A DNA stretch of 64,000 nt, from assembly GCA_031549705.1 (NCBI GenBank), contig JAVBPI010000043.1, forward strand, positions 30,770 to 94,769, read 5' to 3'. Both the position numbers and the translations under genes were made by a program. Of this stretch, positions 1 to 9,218 are shown in pieces. Each line of letters opens with the position of its first letter. Position 1 is the first letter of the stretch. Below the pieces are notes generated by a model that worked only from the letters and a program-made list of their open reading frames with translations, had not been told where the DNA came from and made no database searches. This DNA is from Thermoguttaceae bacterium. Its GTDB lineage: Bacteria > Planctomycetota > Planctomycetia > Pirellulales > Thermoguttaceae.

Positions 1-1
1 A

Positions 2-1078
2 GGATCGTCCGAAATTTCCGCCGCTGTCAATATGCTTGGTGCCCAAGGATGCATGTTTCACGTTTGCTCGTTTTCAAACCTCGGAACCTACGCCATCGAC
101 ATGAAAACAGGTTGTTCCGACAATATCATCGACCAAAGTCGGTTTCACAACTTATCGGCGGGAGGAATTCGTATCAACGGCGGCGGGGCGGGTTCGAATC
201 CGTTGACACATACCAAAGGCAACAAGATATACGGCAATGAGATCTCGAATTACGGCCTGAACTATCCGTCGGCGGTCGGAATTATCGTCCAAAACAGTTA
301 CGAAAACCTCATTACGGCGAATCATATCCACCACGGATACTACACCGGCGTTTCGCTCGGTTGGGTCTGGGGGTACGGCCGGAGCATTTCACAAAACAAC
401 ATCGTCGACTATAATCACATTCACCATATCGGCCGGGGACTGCTCTCCGACATGGGGGCGGTCTACACGCTCGGACCATCTTATGGAACAAAAATTCAAA
501 ACAACTTGATTCACGACATCGACGCCAACAAGTACGGCGGTTGGGGAATCTACAACGACGAAGGCTCGACGGGAATTCTGATCGAAAAGAACATCGTGTA
601 CAACACGAAGTTCGCCGGATACGACATGCACTACGGCAAGGAGATCACGATCCGTAACAATATTTTTGCCTTGGGCCGAATGGACCAAATCAACCGGACT
701 CGCGGCGAGAACCATCCGAGCCTGTATTTCGAGAACAATATTGTTTACTGGAAGGAAGGTAAGCTTTTCAGCGGCGACTGGAAGGATCGAACGTACAAAT
801 ATTACATCCAACCGAAGAATCTGGATGGAGCGGAGTACAAACGTAATTTCTGGTCGAACTGGAACTTGTTCTACAATCCGACGAAGAAGGTCGAAGAGAT
901 CGACTTCGGCGGCGGCAAGTTCGCTGACTGGCAGAAACGGGGATACGATACGAATTCGGTCTACGCCGATCCGATGTTCGTCGATCCGGACAACGGCGAC
1001 TTCACGTTGAAACCGGAATCCCCGGCGTTGAAACTCGGTTTCGAACTGATCGACATGAGCGTCGTGCCGGGACGGTGA
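2..1078 (+). CDS. Right-handed parallel beta-helix repeat protein (pectate-lyase-like fold); 5' end lies outside the window
   Basis: The frame is open from nt 2 to the ATG at 32 with no stop, so the listed 348-aa ORF is probably N-terminally truncated by the window edge. Periodic Asn/Ile/His-rich turns (GNKIYGNEISN, NLITANHIHH, NNIVDYNHIHH, QNNLIHDI, EKNIVYNT, RNNIFAL, ENNIVYW) are typical beta-helix (PbH1) repeats. Confidence 0.75.
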   Translation, partial: GSSEISAAVNMLGAQGCMFHVCSFSNLGTYAIDMKTGCSDNIIDQSRFHNLSAGGIRINGGGAGSNPLTHTKGNKIYGNEISNYGLNYPSAVGIIVQNSYENLITANHIHHGYYTGVSLGWVWGYGRSISQNNIVDYNHIHHIGRGLLSDMGAVYTLGPSYGTKIQNNLIHDIDANKYGGWGIYNDEGSTGILIEKNIVYNTKFAGYDMHYGKEITIRNNIFALGRMDQINRTRGENHPSLYFENNIVYWKEGKLFSGDWKDRTYKYYIQPKNLDGAEYKRNFWSNWNLFYNPTKKVEEIDFGGGKFADWQKRGYDTNSVYADPMFVDPDNGDFTLKPESPALKLGFELIDMSVVPGR

Positions 1079-1086
1079 TTCGAATT

Positions 1087-2553
1087 TCAGACGTCAAACA
1101 TCACCGTTTTCGTCGCAACGGTATCGATGAAATGTCGGTCGTGTTCGATGAAAACGACGGTCGCGCCGCCGTCGAGCATCGCGTTCTCGATTTGCGTGCG
1201 GGAAATCACATCGATGTAATTCAACGGCTCGTCCCACAGATAAAGGTGCGCCCGCTCCGTCAGACCGGCGGCGAGCAACACCTTTTTCTTTTGGCCGGCG
1301 CTGAACGCTGACATGTCGTTACCGAAATCGGGACGGGCGAACCCGAGTTTGCGGAGCATCGCCTTGAAAAGCGGTTCGTCCAAACCGCGTTCCTCGATAA
1401 ATGTCCGCAATTTCCCTTGGAGAAACGACGAGTCCTGCGGAATGTACGAAATTTTCAACGACGGCGAAATTCGGCAACGTCCCGTAAACGGGACCTCTTC
1501 TCCTGCAAGGATTTTCAGCAAGCTCGATTTGCCGCAACCGTTTCGACCGCAAAGCGCGATCCGGTCGCCGCCGTCAACCTGGAGCGAAAGGTTTTCGAAC
1601 AACGGCAACGCGCCATATTGAAGCGAGACGCCATCCAACTCCGCAAACCGATGAACACGGTGGGGAAGCGGCGAAAGCACGAGTTTGTCGTCGATTTCGA
1701 CATTGTTGAACAGTTTCGATTTCTCGTCGATTGCCTGTTGTCGCCTGGCATCGGCAGCTTTGGCACGGCCCATGATTTTCGCCGCTTTCGAGCCGAGGAA
1801 ACCACGGTCGACAGGCCCGTTGCCGTATTTCTCACCTTCGGCTTTTCCCGACCATTCGGCGGATCGCCTTCCCGTTTCGTAGAGTCGCTCGATGTCGCGG
1901 CGGAGTTTTCGGTTCGCCGACTCTTCGAATTTGTTGCGATAATCCTGGTTCTGCTCCCACGTCGAGAAATTCCCTTGTGAGAGTTCGATATCGGAGCGGT
2001 TGATCGACAAAACATGATCGACGCAACGGTCGAGCAACATTCGATCGTGGGAAACGAGAATGAACCCCGACTTTTTGCTCAAATAATCGGCGACGGTCGC
2101 CCGCCCCTCCAGATCGAGATGGTTCGTCGGTTCGTCGATGAGAAGAAAATGGTTTTCGTTCAAAAAAAGTGCCGCGAGGAGGACTTTCGTCTGTTCGCCG
2201 CCGCTGAGGGTTTCGAACGGTCGTGAAAGAACGCCTGCGTCGACGTCGAGAAACGAAAGCTCCCGTTCCAGTTCCCACGGTTCGAATTCCGCGATCGACT
2301 CGGCGATTTTCAGCGTCGTCCGACCGGGAGCTTCAATCGTGTACGGAAAATAATCGACGCCGACCGGAACGTCGATTGTTCCCTCGAACGGAAGTTCGCC
2401 GAGCAGCAAGCGGAGCAGCGTCGTCTTGCCGCGACCGTTGCGGCCGATCAAACCGAGCTTCCAGCGGGTGTCGAGTTGGAGATGAACGTCATCGAAAAGC
2501 GTTTCGCTGCCGTCGTAACAGAAATACAGATTCGTAATGCGGATCGTTGCCAT
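1087..2553 (-). CDS. ABC-F family ATPase, Lsa-like (soluble, two ABC cassettes; possible ribosome-associated/antibiotic-resistance type)
   Basis: Walker A motifs are GRNGRGKTT and GRNGCGKSS. Signature motifs are LSGGE and FSAGQ. Walker B motifs are LLIDEPTNHLD and LYLWDEPLNYID. There is a charged inter-cassette linker and no TM segment. The N-terminus (RITNLYFCYDGSETLF..DTRWKLGLIGRNGRGKTTLLRLL) resembles Lsa-type ABC-F proteins as I remember them. I chose the ATG at 2553 (MATIRITN) over the listed upstream start at 2643. Confidence 0.85.
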   Translation of the reverse strand: MATIRITNLYFCYDGSETLFDDVHLQLDTRWKLGLIGRNGRGKTTLLRLLLGELPFEGTIDVPVGVDYFPYTIEAPGRTTLKIAESIAEFEPWELERELSFLDVDAGVLSRPFETLSGGEQTKVLLAALFLNENHFLLIDEPTNHLDLEGRATVADYLSKKSGFILVSHDRMLLDRCVDHVLSINRSDIELSQGNFSTWEQNQDYRNKFEESANRKLRRDIERLYETGRRSAEWSGKAEGEKYGNGPVDRGFLGSKAAKIMGRAKAADARRQQAIDEKSKLFNNVEIDDKLVLSPLPHRVHRFAELDGVSLQYGALPLFENLSLQVDGGDRIALCGRNGCGKSSLLKILAGEEVPFTGRCRISPSLKISYIPQDSSFLQGKLRTFIEERGLDEPLFKAMLRKLGFARPDFGNDMSAFSAGQKKKVLLAAGLTERAHLYLWDEPLNYIDVISRTQIENAMLDGGATVVFIEHDRHFIDTVATKTVMFDV

Positions 2554-2937
2554 GAAATACAATGGAGAAAGCCGCCCCCAACCGCTTGCGTTTTGCCGCG
2601 CAGCGCGAACAAAACACACGGAACAGGGAACGGAAAGCGACAAAAAAGAACGCGAACACAGCGATAGCGCTAAGGCATCGTCGAGATCGAACCGAATGGA
2701 AGTCGCTTATTTCATGAATCCGATGGGTGAAACCAAGAATCGCCAACCGACATGCGTTCATGCCGATTGGTTGCATTATCGGCCGAAAGCGCGAAAAAGT
2801 CAAGGGAAATTCCGCAAAATTTTTCCGGGGTTCACAAAAAATATTTTTTGCGGGAAAAAGTTCCGTCGGTGACGTCAATCATGTAAACTGGAGCGGAACT
2901 CCAGAAAGCCATCCCTTTTTCCGAAAACGAGCGACCG

Positions 2938-3432
2938 ATGTCCTTGACCGTGCAAGAGATCAACGACCTTGTCCGCATTTGGACGCCGCGTTTGCTTCTC
3001 TTCGCAAGACAACGGACCGATGCCCCGGAAGACGCCGTCCAGGAAGCGTTCCTGGGCCTTTACCGGACGAGAATTCGCCCCGACGATGTCGTTGCGTGGC
3101 TTTTCCAAGCGACCCGAAACGCCGCCGTCGACGGAAGCCGGTCAAGGACGAGACGCCGGAGCCGGGAAAATATCGTTGCGGAATCGGCTCCGAATTGGTT
3201 CGAACCGTCGGAAGGAAACCGGCTCGACGCAGAGCTTGTTACGGAAAAGCTGTGTGAACTTCCGTCGGAACTCCGTGAGGTCGTCGTCGCCCGGCTTTGG
3301 GGAGAGCTATCTTTCGAACAGATCGGCAAATTGACGAAAATGTCCCATGCAACCGCCCATCGGCGATACCACGAAGCCATCGAGACGTTGCGCCGACTCT
3401 TGAGAATCGACGAACAAAAGGAACGACGATGA
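2938..3432 (+). CDS. ECF-type RNA polymerase sigma-70 family factor
   Basis: It has a region 2-like segment (EDAVQEAFLGLY..VVAWLFQATRNAAVD) and a region 4 HTH (LSFEQIGKLTKMSHATAHRRYHEAIETLRRLL). The small size (164 aa) fits an ECF factor. Confidence 0.85.
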   Translation: MSLTVQEINDLVRIWTPRLLLFARQRTDAPEDAVQEAFLGLYRTRIRPDDVVAWLFQATRNAAVDGSRSRTRRRSRENIVAESAPNWFEPSEGNRLDAELVTEKLCELPSELREVVVARLWGELSFEQIGKLTKMSHATAHRRYHEAIETLRRLLRIDEQKERR

Positions 3433-3851
3433 ACGAAAAACATCTTTCTCCGTACGAAAACGCCCTGGCAACGCTCCGGCCCGAATCGGCGGCGATGTTG
3501 ACGGAATCGATCCTCGAAACGCTCCGTTTGGAGGAACTTCGTCACGCTCGACGAAAGTCGCTCGGCATCGGGTTGTCGATCGGTTCGATTTGCGGAGCGG
3601 TTGTCGCGCTGCTTCTGGCGTTCGCTCTTTTTCGTCCGGAAACGAAGCCGTTTGTCGAAAACATCGGAACGGTTGCAGTCGAGCTTCCGAACCGGGAGAA
3701 GGATCCGCTTCTCAACGACTTGGACGCGATGATCCGGAATCGACAACGTTCGGAAATTCATTCGGAAACGGCTGTTCCGTCAAAGCGAGAACGAATTATC
3801 GCCCGACAACTACTCAAGGAATTGGCGACCGGTCGACCGGATGACATTTAA
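3429..3851 (+). CDS. Putative anti-sigma factor (single-pass membrane protein)
   Basis: The ATG at 3429 overlaps the sigma gene stop (ATGA). It has one hydrophobic helix (LGIGLSIGSICGAVVALLLAFALF). The call rests on position and topology only. The listed ORF start at 3297 would overlap the sigma gene. Confidence 0.55.
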   Translation: MNEKHLSPYENALATLRPESAAMLTESILETLRLEELRHARRKSLGIGLSIGSICGAVVALLLAFALFRPETKPFVENIGTVAVELPNREKDPLLNDLDAMIRNRQRSEIHSETAVPSKRERIIARQLLKELATGRPDDI

Positions 3852-3877
3852 CTTTTGTACCAACCGCAAGAATCATC

Positions 3878-5413
3878 ATGAAACGAATAATTTTCGCAAC
3901 AGTGCTGTTTATCTTTCTGTCCGAAAACATCAACGCCGCCGAGTGGTTCGAAATACGCGGCGAAACGGAGACCGTGCTCGGCTGGAAAATGACGGTCTCT
4001 CCGGCGAAGGAACCGGCGTCGACCGAAACGCTCCATTTTCGGCCGCCGTTGGAGAAAACGATCGATCGTGACGCGCTGCCGTTCTACGACCAGGCGTCGA
4101 TCGAGTTTTGGAAATATCGACAAGATAAAGCCAGAGGAATCGCATTGAATGAAAAATACCTCAGGGAAGCCGCCGATGAAGCCGACAAGGAAAAGCGGTA
4201 CAAAATTTTTTTAACGCAACAAATACATGCGATGCCGTTGCAACCGGTTTGGGGCGATCAACGACTTTTCAAGTCGCTGAATATTTCCGACACGGAAAAA
4301 CGTCGCTGTATCAACGAGCTTTCAGCGTTGTTCGCACAGTTGGACGAAGCGGTTCGAAGCACTCGATTCGACGCCGATCGAATTCATTCGATCGAACGGC
4401 TCCAGGAGTTACGAAATCACGCCCGCCTGCTGACCGTCAAGTCGGATGTCGAAATGCATGAAGAAAAATTCGACCGTGCCTGCCGGACGATCAACGTCTT
4501 CTATCGGATGGCGGGGCACGTCAGCCGTGATTCGTCGTTGGTCGAATTTCTCGTCGGCGTTTCGATGCAAGGAATCGGCAACGCGCAGCTCATGAAACTG
4601 TCCGAAATTCCGAACGCTCCGTCGCTGTTGTGGGCGGTACGGGAACTCAAATCGATTCCCTGCGATCCGATCGACATTGTTCGTGACGAATACACACGGG
4701 AGTTGAGCACTCAACTGCCGGGATTCCTGAAATTCGCCGATCCGAACGCCCTGAACGACGAACAGGCCAGGACGTATCTCCATTCGAAGGAATTCACCAC
4801 GAACATGATCGCCAATTTCGCCCCGGAATATGACCGACCGGACACCAAGGAACCGGATGCGGCGAAGATCGAAGAAAAACTCGAAACGCTCCTGAAACGC
4901 GGCGACCCGATTGCGCGACGAAAACTTCTCGAAGACGGTCTTTCCAAGGAAACGGTCGATTCCCTCTCCCGGGAAAAAGCGTTCCTCGTCGCCTCGGCCC
5001 GTGAATTGAACGAGTTTATCGAAGAGATTTATCGGCTCTTTCTCTCCCCGTACTGGATTTCGCAACCGAAATTCAAGGAGCTCGAAAAACAGGTTCGCCC
5101 GGAAAACGAAACATATGTCCTCTTGCAACAAACACAAGTCGAAGCCTGGGGCGGCCTTCAGGAAGCGATGTTGCGGACGCAATTTCAGCACGAAATCATG
5201 ATGCTCGTCGAAGGAATTCGGCTCTACGCCGGAAAACACGACGGCAAACTTCCCGAAACACTCGCCGATCTCGAAGCAATGTCGCTTCCCGTGCCGCAGA
5301 CCAATCCGTTCACGGGAAAAACGTACGGTTGGACCAAAACCGATGAACGGACCCTGCAAATCGACGGGCCCGGCCGGTTCACCTGGCGATATCTCGTTAC
5401 GGTGCGAAAATAA
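3878..5413 (+). CDS. Secreted hypothetical protein
   Basis: It has an N-terminal signal peptide (MKRIIFATVLFIFLSENINA) and protein-like composition, and lies in the same direction as the sigma/anti-sigma pair. I recognise no family. Confidence 0.7.
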   Translation: MKRIIFATVLFIFLSENINAAEWFEIRGETETVLGWKMTVSPAKEPASTETLHFRPPLEKTIDRDALPFYDQASIEFWKYRQDKARGIALNEKYLREAADEADKEKRYKIFLTQQIHAMPLQPVWGDQRLFKSLNISDTEKRRCINELSALFAQLDEAVRSTRFDADRIHSIERLQELRNHARLLTVKSDVEMHEEKFDRACRTINVFYRMAGHVSRDSSLVEFLVGVSMQGIGNAQLMKLSEIPNAPSLLWAVRELKSIPCDPIDIVRDEYTRELSTQLPGFLKFADPNALNDEQARTYLHSKEFTTNMIANFAPEYDRPDTKEPDAAKIEEKLETLLKRGDPIARRKLLEDGLSKETVDSLSREKAFLVASARELNEFIEEIYRLFLSPYWISQPKFKELEKQVRPENETYVLLQQTQVEAWGGLQEAMLRTQFQHEIMMLVEGIRLYAGKHDGKLPETLADLEAMSLPVPQTNPFTGKTYGWTKTDERTLQIDGPGRFTWRYLVTVRK

Positions 5414-5476
5414 ATGAAGCGACGTCTATTTCTCAGGGAGACGCATCGGTAGAATAGAACATAAACACCGGAACCT

Positions 5477-7753
5477 TCATTTCACGGGCTCTTCGGCGAA
5501 CCGTTTTTCGAGCTCCCGGGCGAGAACCGCGTCGTCGGAACCGACCGTCATGAATCGGACCTTGCCGCTCCGATCGAGGATCATCGTCGTCGGGTTGCCG
5601 GTGATTCCGTAATAATTATTGTAATCCTTCAGTCCCTTTTCCTTCGAGAGGAGCAGCGAACCGGTCAGCCACGGATATTTCGTTTTTGCGACGAACTTTT
5701 GGAGCGTTTCGAGATCGTCGCCGCAACTGTAGGCGATCATTTCATAACCTTGCGGCTTGTATTTCTCGTAAAGCGTTTTCATGTGCGGAAATTCCTTGAG
5801 GCAGGATCCGCATTGCGTGTTCCAGAAATTGACGAGCACGACCTTGCCGCGAAGTTCTTTCACGTCGACTTTCGAGCCGTCGATCAACATCGTTTCGAAT
5901 TCCATTTCGGTACCGGGCAGCATCAGACGTCGCAGAACGTTTTCGAGTCGCCGGGCTTCCTGTTGCGCTTCGAGATTCTTGGAGGCGGCGAATACCGGAA
6001 TCACTTGTTCGATGTATGAGCGGCTCAGTTGCGTCGAGTACTCCGCATCGATATCTTCAAGGGCGTTGAGAAAGAACATCGCATGCATTCTTAGATTTTC
6101 CCAAAAACTATCCGGCGCCTGCTTGCTAATCGCAAGAAATCGATTCGTGATTTCTTGCGCATATTCCGCTTGGCCGGTTTTCATCTTTTTCAAGTATTGT
6201 TGCATCTGGTACAACACTTCCATTTTTCGAAAAAGAACATTGTGATGAAATCCCTTTTCTTTCGACTTGAGCAATTCATCCGCTAGGGCATCGACTTCCC
6301 TGTACATGATTTCCGGCTGCACTTCAGGATTTGCTTCAGCTTTTTCCCGTGCGATATCCGCAAGAATGTCAAGTTTTTCGTAAAGCAGCACAGCATGCTG
6401 CACGGCGGGCAACGCATCGGAGGAAAGCAATAAATCGATGAGCGGCAAACGGAATTTCGGTGGAGCGACCGTGGCGATCTTCGTTTGGAAAGCGATCAAA
6501 TCTTTCAGCGTTACAGGGAGTTCTCCATCGGTCGCTTCCTGCCATTTTTTTTGATCTTCTTCGGATTTCTTTCGAACGTCGTCGTCGATGCCGCGAATTT
6601 TTTCGACGATTTCCGTAATCGTTTTCGACTGTTCCGGAAAGAGCGGCTTGAGCCCTTCGAGAATCACCGGGCTGATCTTGTCCGCACGGACACGAACCAC
6701 CGTTCCTTCCCGGTCGACAAGAAACGCGAATTCATATGTACCGAAATGCTCCGCGTAATCGATCCAATCTTTCGAACCGCGGTTTCCGTAACGAGTCGTC
6801 ACGATCCACGGTGCGCCGTCGCTCTTGAGCTTCTGTCGGGCGATTTCCGGATTGTCGTGACTGTAAAGGATGATCTCAAGCCCATCCTTTTTCAACGTCC
6901 CGGCAAGTTCATGGAGCGGGACGATTTTTTCCTGTTCCCATTGATACGGTGCCGTGACGATCAGGACGACTTTTCCTTTCAGGTTTTTCACGTCGACCGG
7001 TTTGTCGTCCACATCAACGGACTTGAACTCCATTGGTTTGCCCGCCATATCGAGACGACGGAGCGAGTTGAGAGCACTTTGGGCGCAATAACGGAGAAGA
7101 TCGTGTTTCGTTCGCTTGACGTCGGCTTCGAGAACGGGCCGCAGCTTTTCGACGGTCGTACGAATCAAACCGAGCGAGCCGTCCGGATCGAACCTTTCGG
7201 CGTACTCGACGATAATGGTCGGCAACTGCTCGTTCTCGATGCGTTTTTCGTCGATAAAATACTTGTTGATCGACGGCGCCCAGCGGTCGACGAGTTCGGA
7301 GAACGCCTTGGCTTGTTCTTCCTTTTCGAGTTTTGAAATCTCGTTATTCGCTTTGTAAAACCGTTCGGCAATCCAACGGCGATACCGGGGGTAATCCTGT
7401 ACCGATTCGAGAAACACCTCGTACTTTTTGTCGTATTCCGCTTCGTCGAAACCGTAACGAAAAATCAGGCCGAGATGCTTTTGGTCCGTGAGATATTTCT
7501 TGTCGTCCGACGAAAGATCGGACGACTTCAAAAGCGGTTCGACAAGAGCGAGGATTTCGTCTCCCAAACGCATTGCATACGCCGGATAGTCGTCGAGCGT
7601 TCCGCAGTACGGCTTTTCGGTCAGCGCAGCGACCTGCGACCGAGCGTCGTCGACCGTTTCAGCCGGGAGATATTTCGCAACAACAAACAGGAACAAACAC
7701 GATAAAGCAATCGGTCGAAGCATAAAATTTGCCTTTGACACATTGAGCAACAT
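5477..7753 (-). CDS. Secreted protein with two thioredoxin-fold (TlpA/redoxin-like) modules
   Basis: The C-terminal module has KGKVVLVNFWNTQCGSCLKEFP with an intact CxxC motif. The central module (KGKVVLIVTAPYQWEQE) has the same fold signature but no cysteines. A signal peptide is present. An alternative ATG at 7723 (MLRPIALSCLFLFVV) is equally plausible. Confidence 0.8.
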   Translation of the reverse strand: MLLNVSKANFMLRPIALSCLFLFVVAKYLPAETVDDARSQVAALTEKPYCGTLDDYPAYAMRLGDEILALVEPLLKSSDLSSDDKKYLTDQKHLGLIFRYGFDEAEYDKKYEVFLESVQDYPRYRRWIAERFYKANNEISKLEKEEQAKAFSELVDRWAPSINKYFIDEKRIENEQLPTIIVEYAERFDPDGSLGLIRTTVEKLRPVLEADVKRTKHDLLRYCAQSALNSLRRLDMAGKPMEFKSVDVDDKPVDVKNLKGKVVLIVTAPYQWEQEKIVPLHELAGTLKKDGLEIILYSHDNPEIARQKLKSDGAPWIVTTRYGNRGSKDWIDYAEHFGTYEFAFLVDREGTVVRVRADKISPVILEGLKPLFPEQSKTITEIVEKIRGIDDDVRKKSEEDQKKWQEATDGELPVTLKDLIAFQTKIATVAPPKFRLPLIDLLLSSDALPAVQHAVLLYEKLDILADIAREKAEANPEVQPEIMYREVDALADELLKSKEKGFHHNVLFRKMEVLYQMQQYLKKMKTGQAEYAQEITNRFLAISKQAPDSFWENLRMHAMFFLNALEDIDAEYSTQLSRSYIEQVIPVFAASKNLEAQQEARRLENVLRRLMLPGTEMEFETMLIDGSKVDVKELRGKVVLVNFWNTQCGSCLKEFPHMKTLYEKYKPQGYEMIAYSCGDDLETLQKFVAKTKYPWLTGSLLLSKEKGLKDYNNYYGITGNPTTMILDRSGKVRFMTVGSDDAVLARELEKRFAEEPVK

Positions 7754-7796
7754 AAAGCTCGGCGACGCGCTGCGAGGCTAAAACGAAGCGTCTTGC

Positions 7797-9071
7797 TTAC
7801 AGCGGCGGCTGCCCACCCATTCCCGGTTGGGCTCCACCCATTCCCGGTTGGGCTCCGCCCATCATTCCCGGTTGGGCTCCGCCCATCATTCCCGGTTGGG
7901 CTCCGCCCATCATTCCCGGTTGAGCTCCACCCATCATTCCCGGTTGAGCTCCGCCCATCATTCCCGGTTGGGCTCCACCCATCATTCCCGGTTGAGCTCC
8001 ACCCATCATTCCCGGTTGAGCTCCACCCATCATTCCCGGTTGAGCTCCACCCATCATATTCGGGTCGGTTCCCATACCAGGCTGCATTCCGCCTCCCATC
8101 ATATTATTCGGGTCGGTTCCCATCCCCATTCCCTGTTGCATTCCGCCCCCCATTTGCATTTGCTGTTGCTGCAAGGCGAGCTGTTCGGCGGCAACTTTCG
8201 GGTCCCAGCTTCGAATATCGTCTTCGGTGAAGTCGATGCCATCGTATCCGGCGGACCAAACCGCGGGTTTCCGGTCACCGGTCTTGGGATTGACTCCGTT
8301 GACCAGCGTGTACTCATATCGGAACGGCAAACCCCACGGATCCAACGGAACCGAGTCGCTCGTCAAATAGGGGTCGGGGCGTTTCCGGGCGTTCACATAA
8401 AGCTGCGGATTGTAGGTCGGTTGCGTCCATCCGGAACCGACCATTCCGGTCTGTCCGCTCATCATTCCGGGTTGGCCCCCCATCATGTTATTCGGGTCGG
8501 TTCCCATGCCCATGCCGGGTTGCATGCCGTTCCCCATCATATTCGGGTTGGCGCCCATTCCCCCCATTCCGGTTATTCCACCGGGGGGCGTGTTCATATT
8601 CATGTTGCCGCCGACCGGCGTCGCTCCGGCACCGCCCATATTCGGATCGGTCCCCATTCCCATGTTAGGCTGCATTCCGCCCATTCCCTGGCCGAACGCT
8701 TCCGCGCCGCCGACAGGGGTTGCGCCCATTCCCATTCCGGCGTTCGGATCGTTCGGATTAGCGGTTCCCGGCTGCATCGGCATTCCGGTACCGGTCTGCC
8801 CTTCGTTCTGTGGAATGTAAATCAACGCGTTCAACCCCTGTTCCGTGGTCGGAAACGCCCCGTGGTCGACGAAATACGCCTGAAGTGCTTTTTCGAGGTT
8901 CTTCACCCACGATTCCGCGATTCGGACGTTCGATTTGTTCCGGTACGACATCACCGTCGGAGCGAGAATCGCGAACAACGCCACGATGATCGCCAACACA
9001 ACGAGGAGCTCAAGCAGCGTAAAGCCGGAGTTGTCCTGCCGCGCCGATGGTCGAATATTCGATAAATTCAT
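7797..9071 (-). CDS. Type II secretion pseudopilin GspG-like protein with Met/Gly/Pro/Gln/Asn-rich insert and repeat tail
   Basis: It has a prepilin cleavage/methylation motif (G-FTLLELLVVLAIIV). GspG core blocks are present: FPTTEQGLNALI, DPWGLPFRYEY and VWSAGYDGIDFTEDDIRSWD. A low-complexity insert of about 150 aa sits after the N-terminal helix region. The C-terminal tail ends in about ten GAQPGM(M)G units. Confidence 0.85.
   Translation of the reverse strand: MNLSNIRPSARQDNSGFTLLELLVVLAIIVALFAILAPTVMSYRNKSNVRIAESWVKNLEKALQAYFVDHGAFPTTEQGLNALIYIPQNEGQTGTGMPMQPGTANPNDPNAGMGMGATPVGGAEAFGQGMGGMQPNMGMGTDPNMGGAGATPVGGNMNMNTPPGGITGMGGMGANPNMMGNGMQPGMGMGTDPNNMMGGQPGMMSGQTGMVGSGWTQPTYNPQLYVNARKRPDPYLTSDSVPLDPWGLPFRYEYTLVNGVNPKTGDRKPAVWSAGYDGIDFTEDDIRSWDPKVAAEQLALQQQQMQMGGGMQQGMGMGTDPNNMMGGGMQPGMGTDPNMMGGAQPGMMGGAQPGMMGGAQPGMMGGAQPGMMGGAQPGMMGGAQPGMMGGAQPGMMGGAQPGMMGGAQPGMGGAQPGMGGQPPL
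7812..8050 (-). repeat. Tandem 24-bp (two 21-bp) coding repeat encoding (GAQPGMMG)n
   Basis: There are eight near-identical units (cccatcattcccggttgRgctccRc on the plus strand) plus two shorter units lacking one Met codon. Variation is only R = A/G at two positions. Confidence 0.9.
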
Positions 9072-9218
9072 GAGAGTTGGTCTCCGTGCAAGAAAAAGAA
9101 TCTTTTGTCAGTAATGCGCTCATTATACCGAACCGGATGAAAAAAAACAGACCTTTTTTCCGGATGATCGGACTTTTGGGGACTTGCCAAACCGACGCCG
9201 ACAACGGACAATGAAGCA

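Noticed and set aside
2590-2612. The motif TTTTGCCGCGCAGCGC lies upstream of the ABC-F gene and recurs at 27817-27835 upstream of the acidic coiled-coil gene, so I considered a shared operator.
   Set aside because: There are only two copies at different distances from the start codons. That is too little to separate from chance in G+C-rich DNA without a genome-wide count.
2895-2925. I considered an ECF-type autoregulatory promoter (GGAAC at 2895-2899) upstream of the sigma gene.
   Set aside because: No CGT-type -10 element lies at the expected 16-17 nt spacing, so the promoter is not supportable from sequence alone.
7793-9065. Plus-strand ORFs 7793-8230 and 7827-9065 have striking repeats (HPSFPVEL..., HHSRLGSA...).
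   Set aside because: They are mirror-frame translations of the GAQPGMMG repeat and low-complexity regions of the minus-strand GspG-like gene, which has clear conserved blocks.
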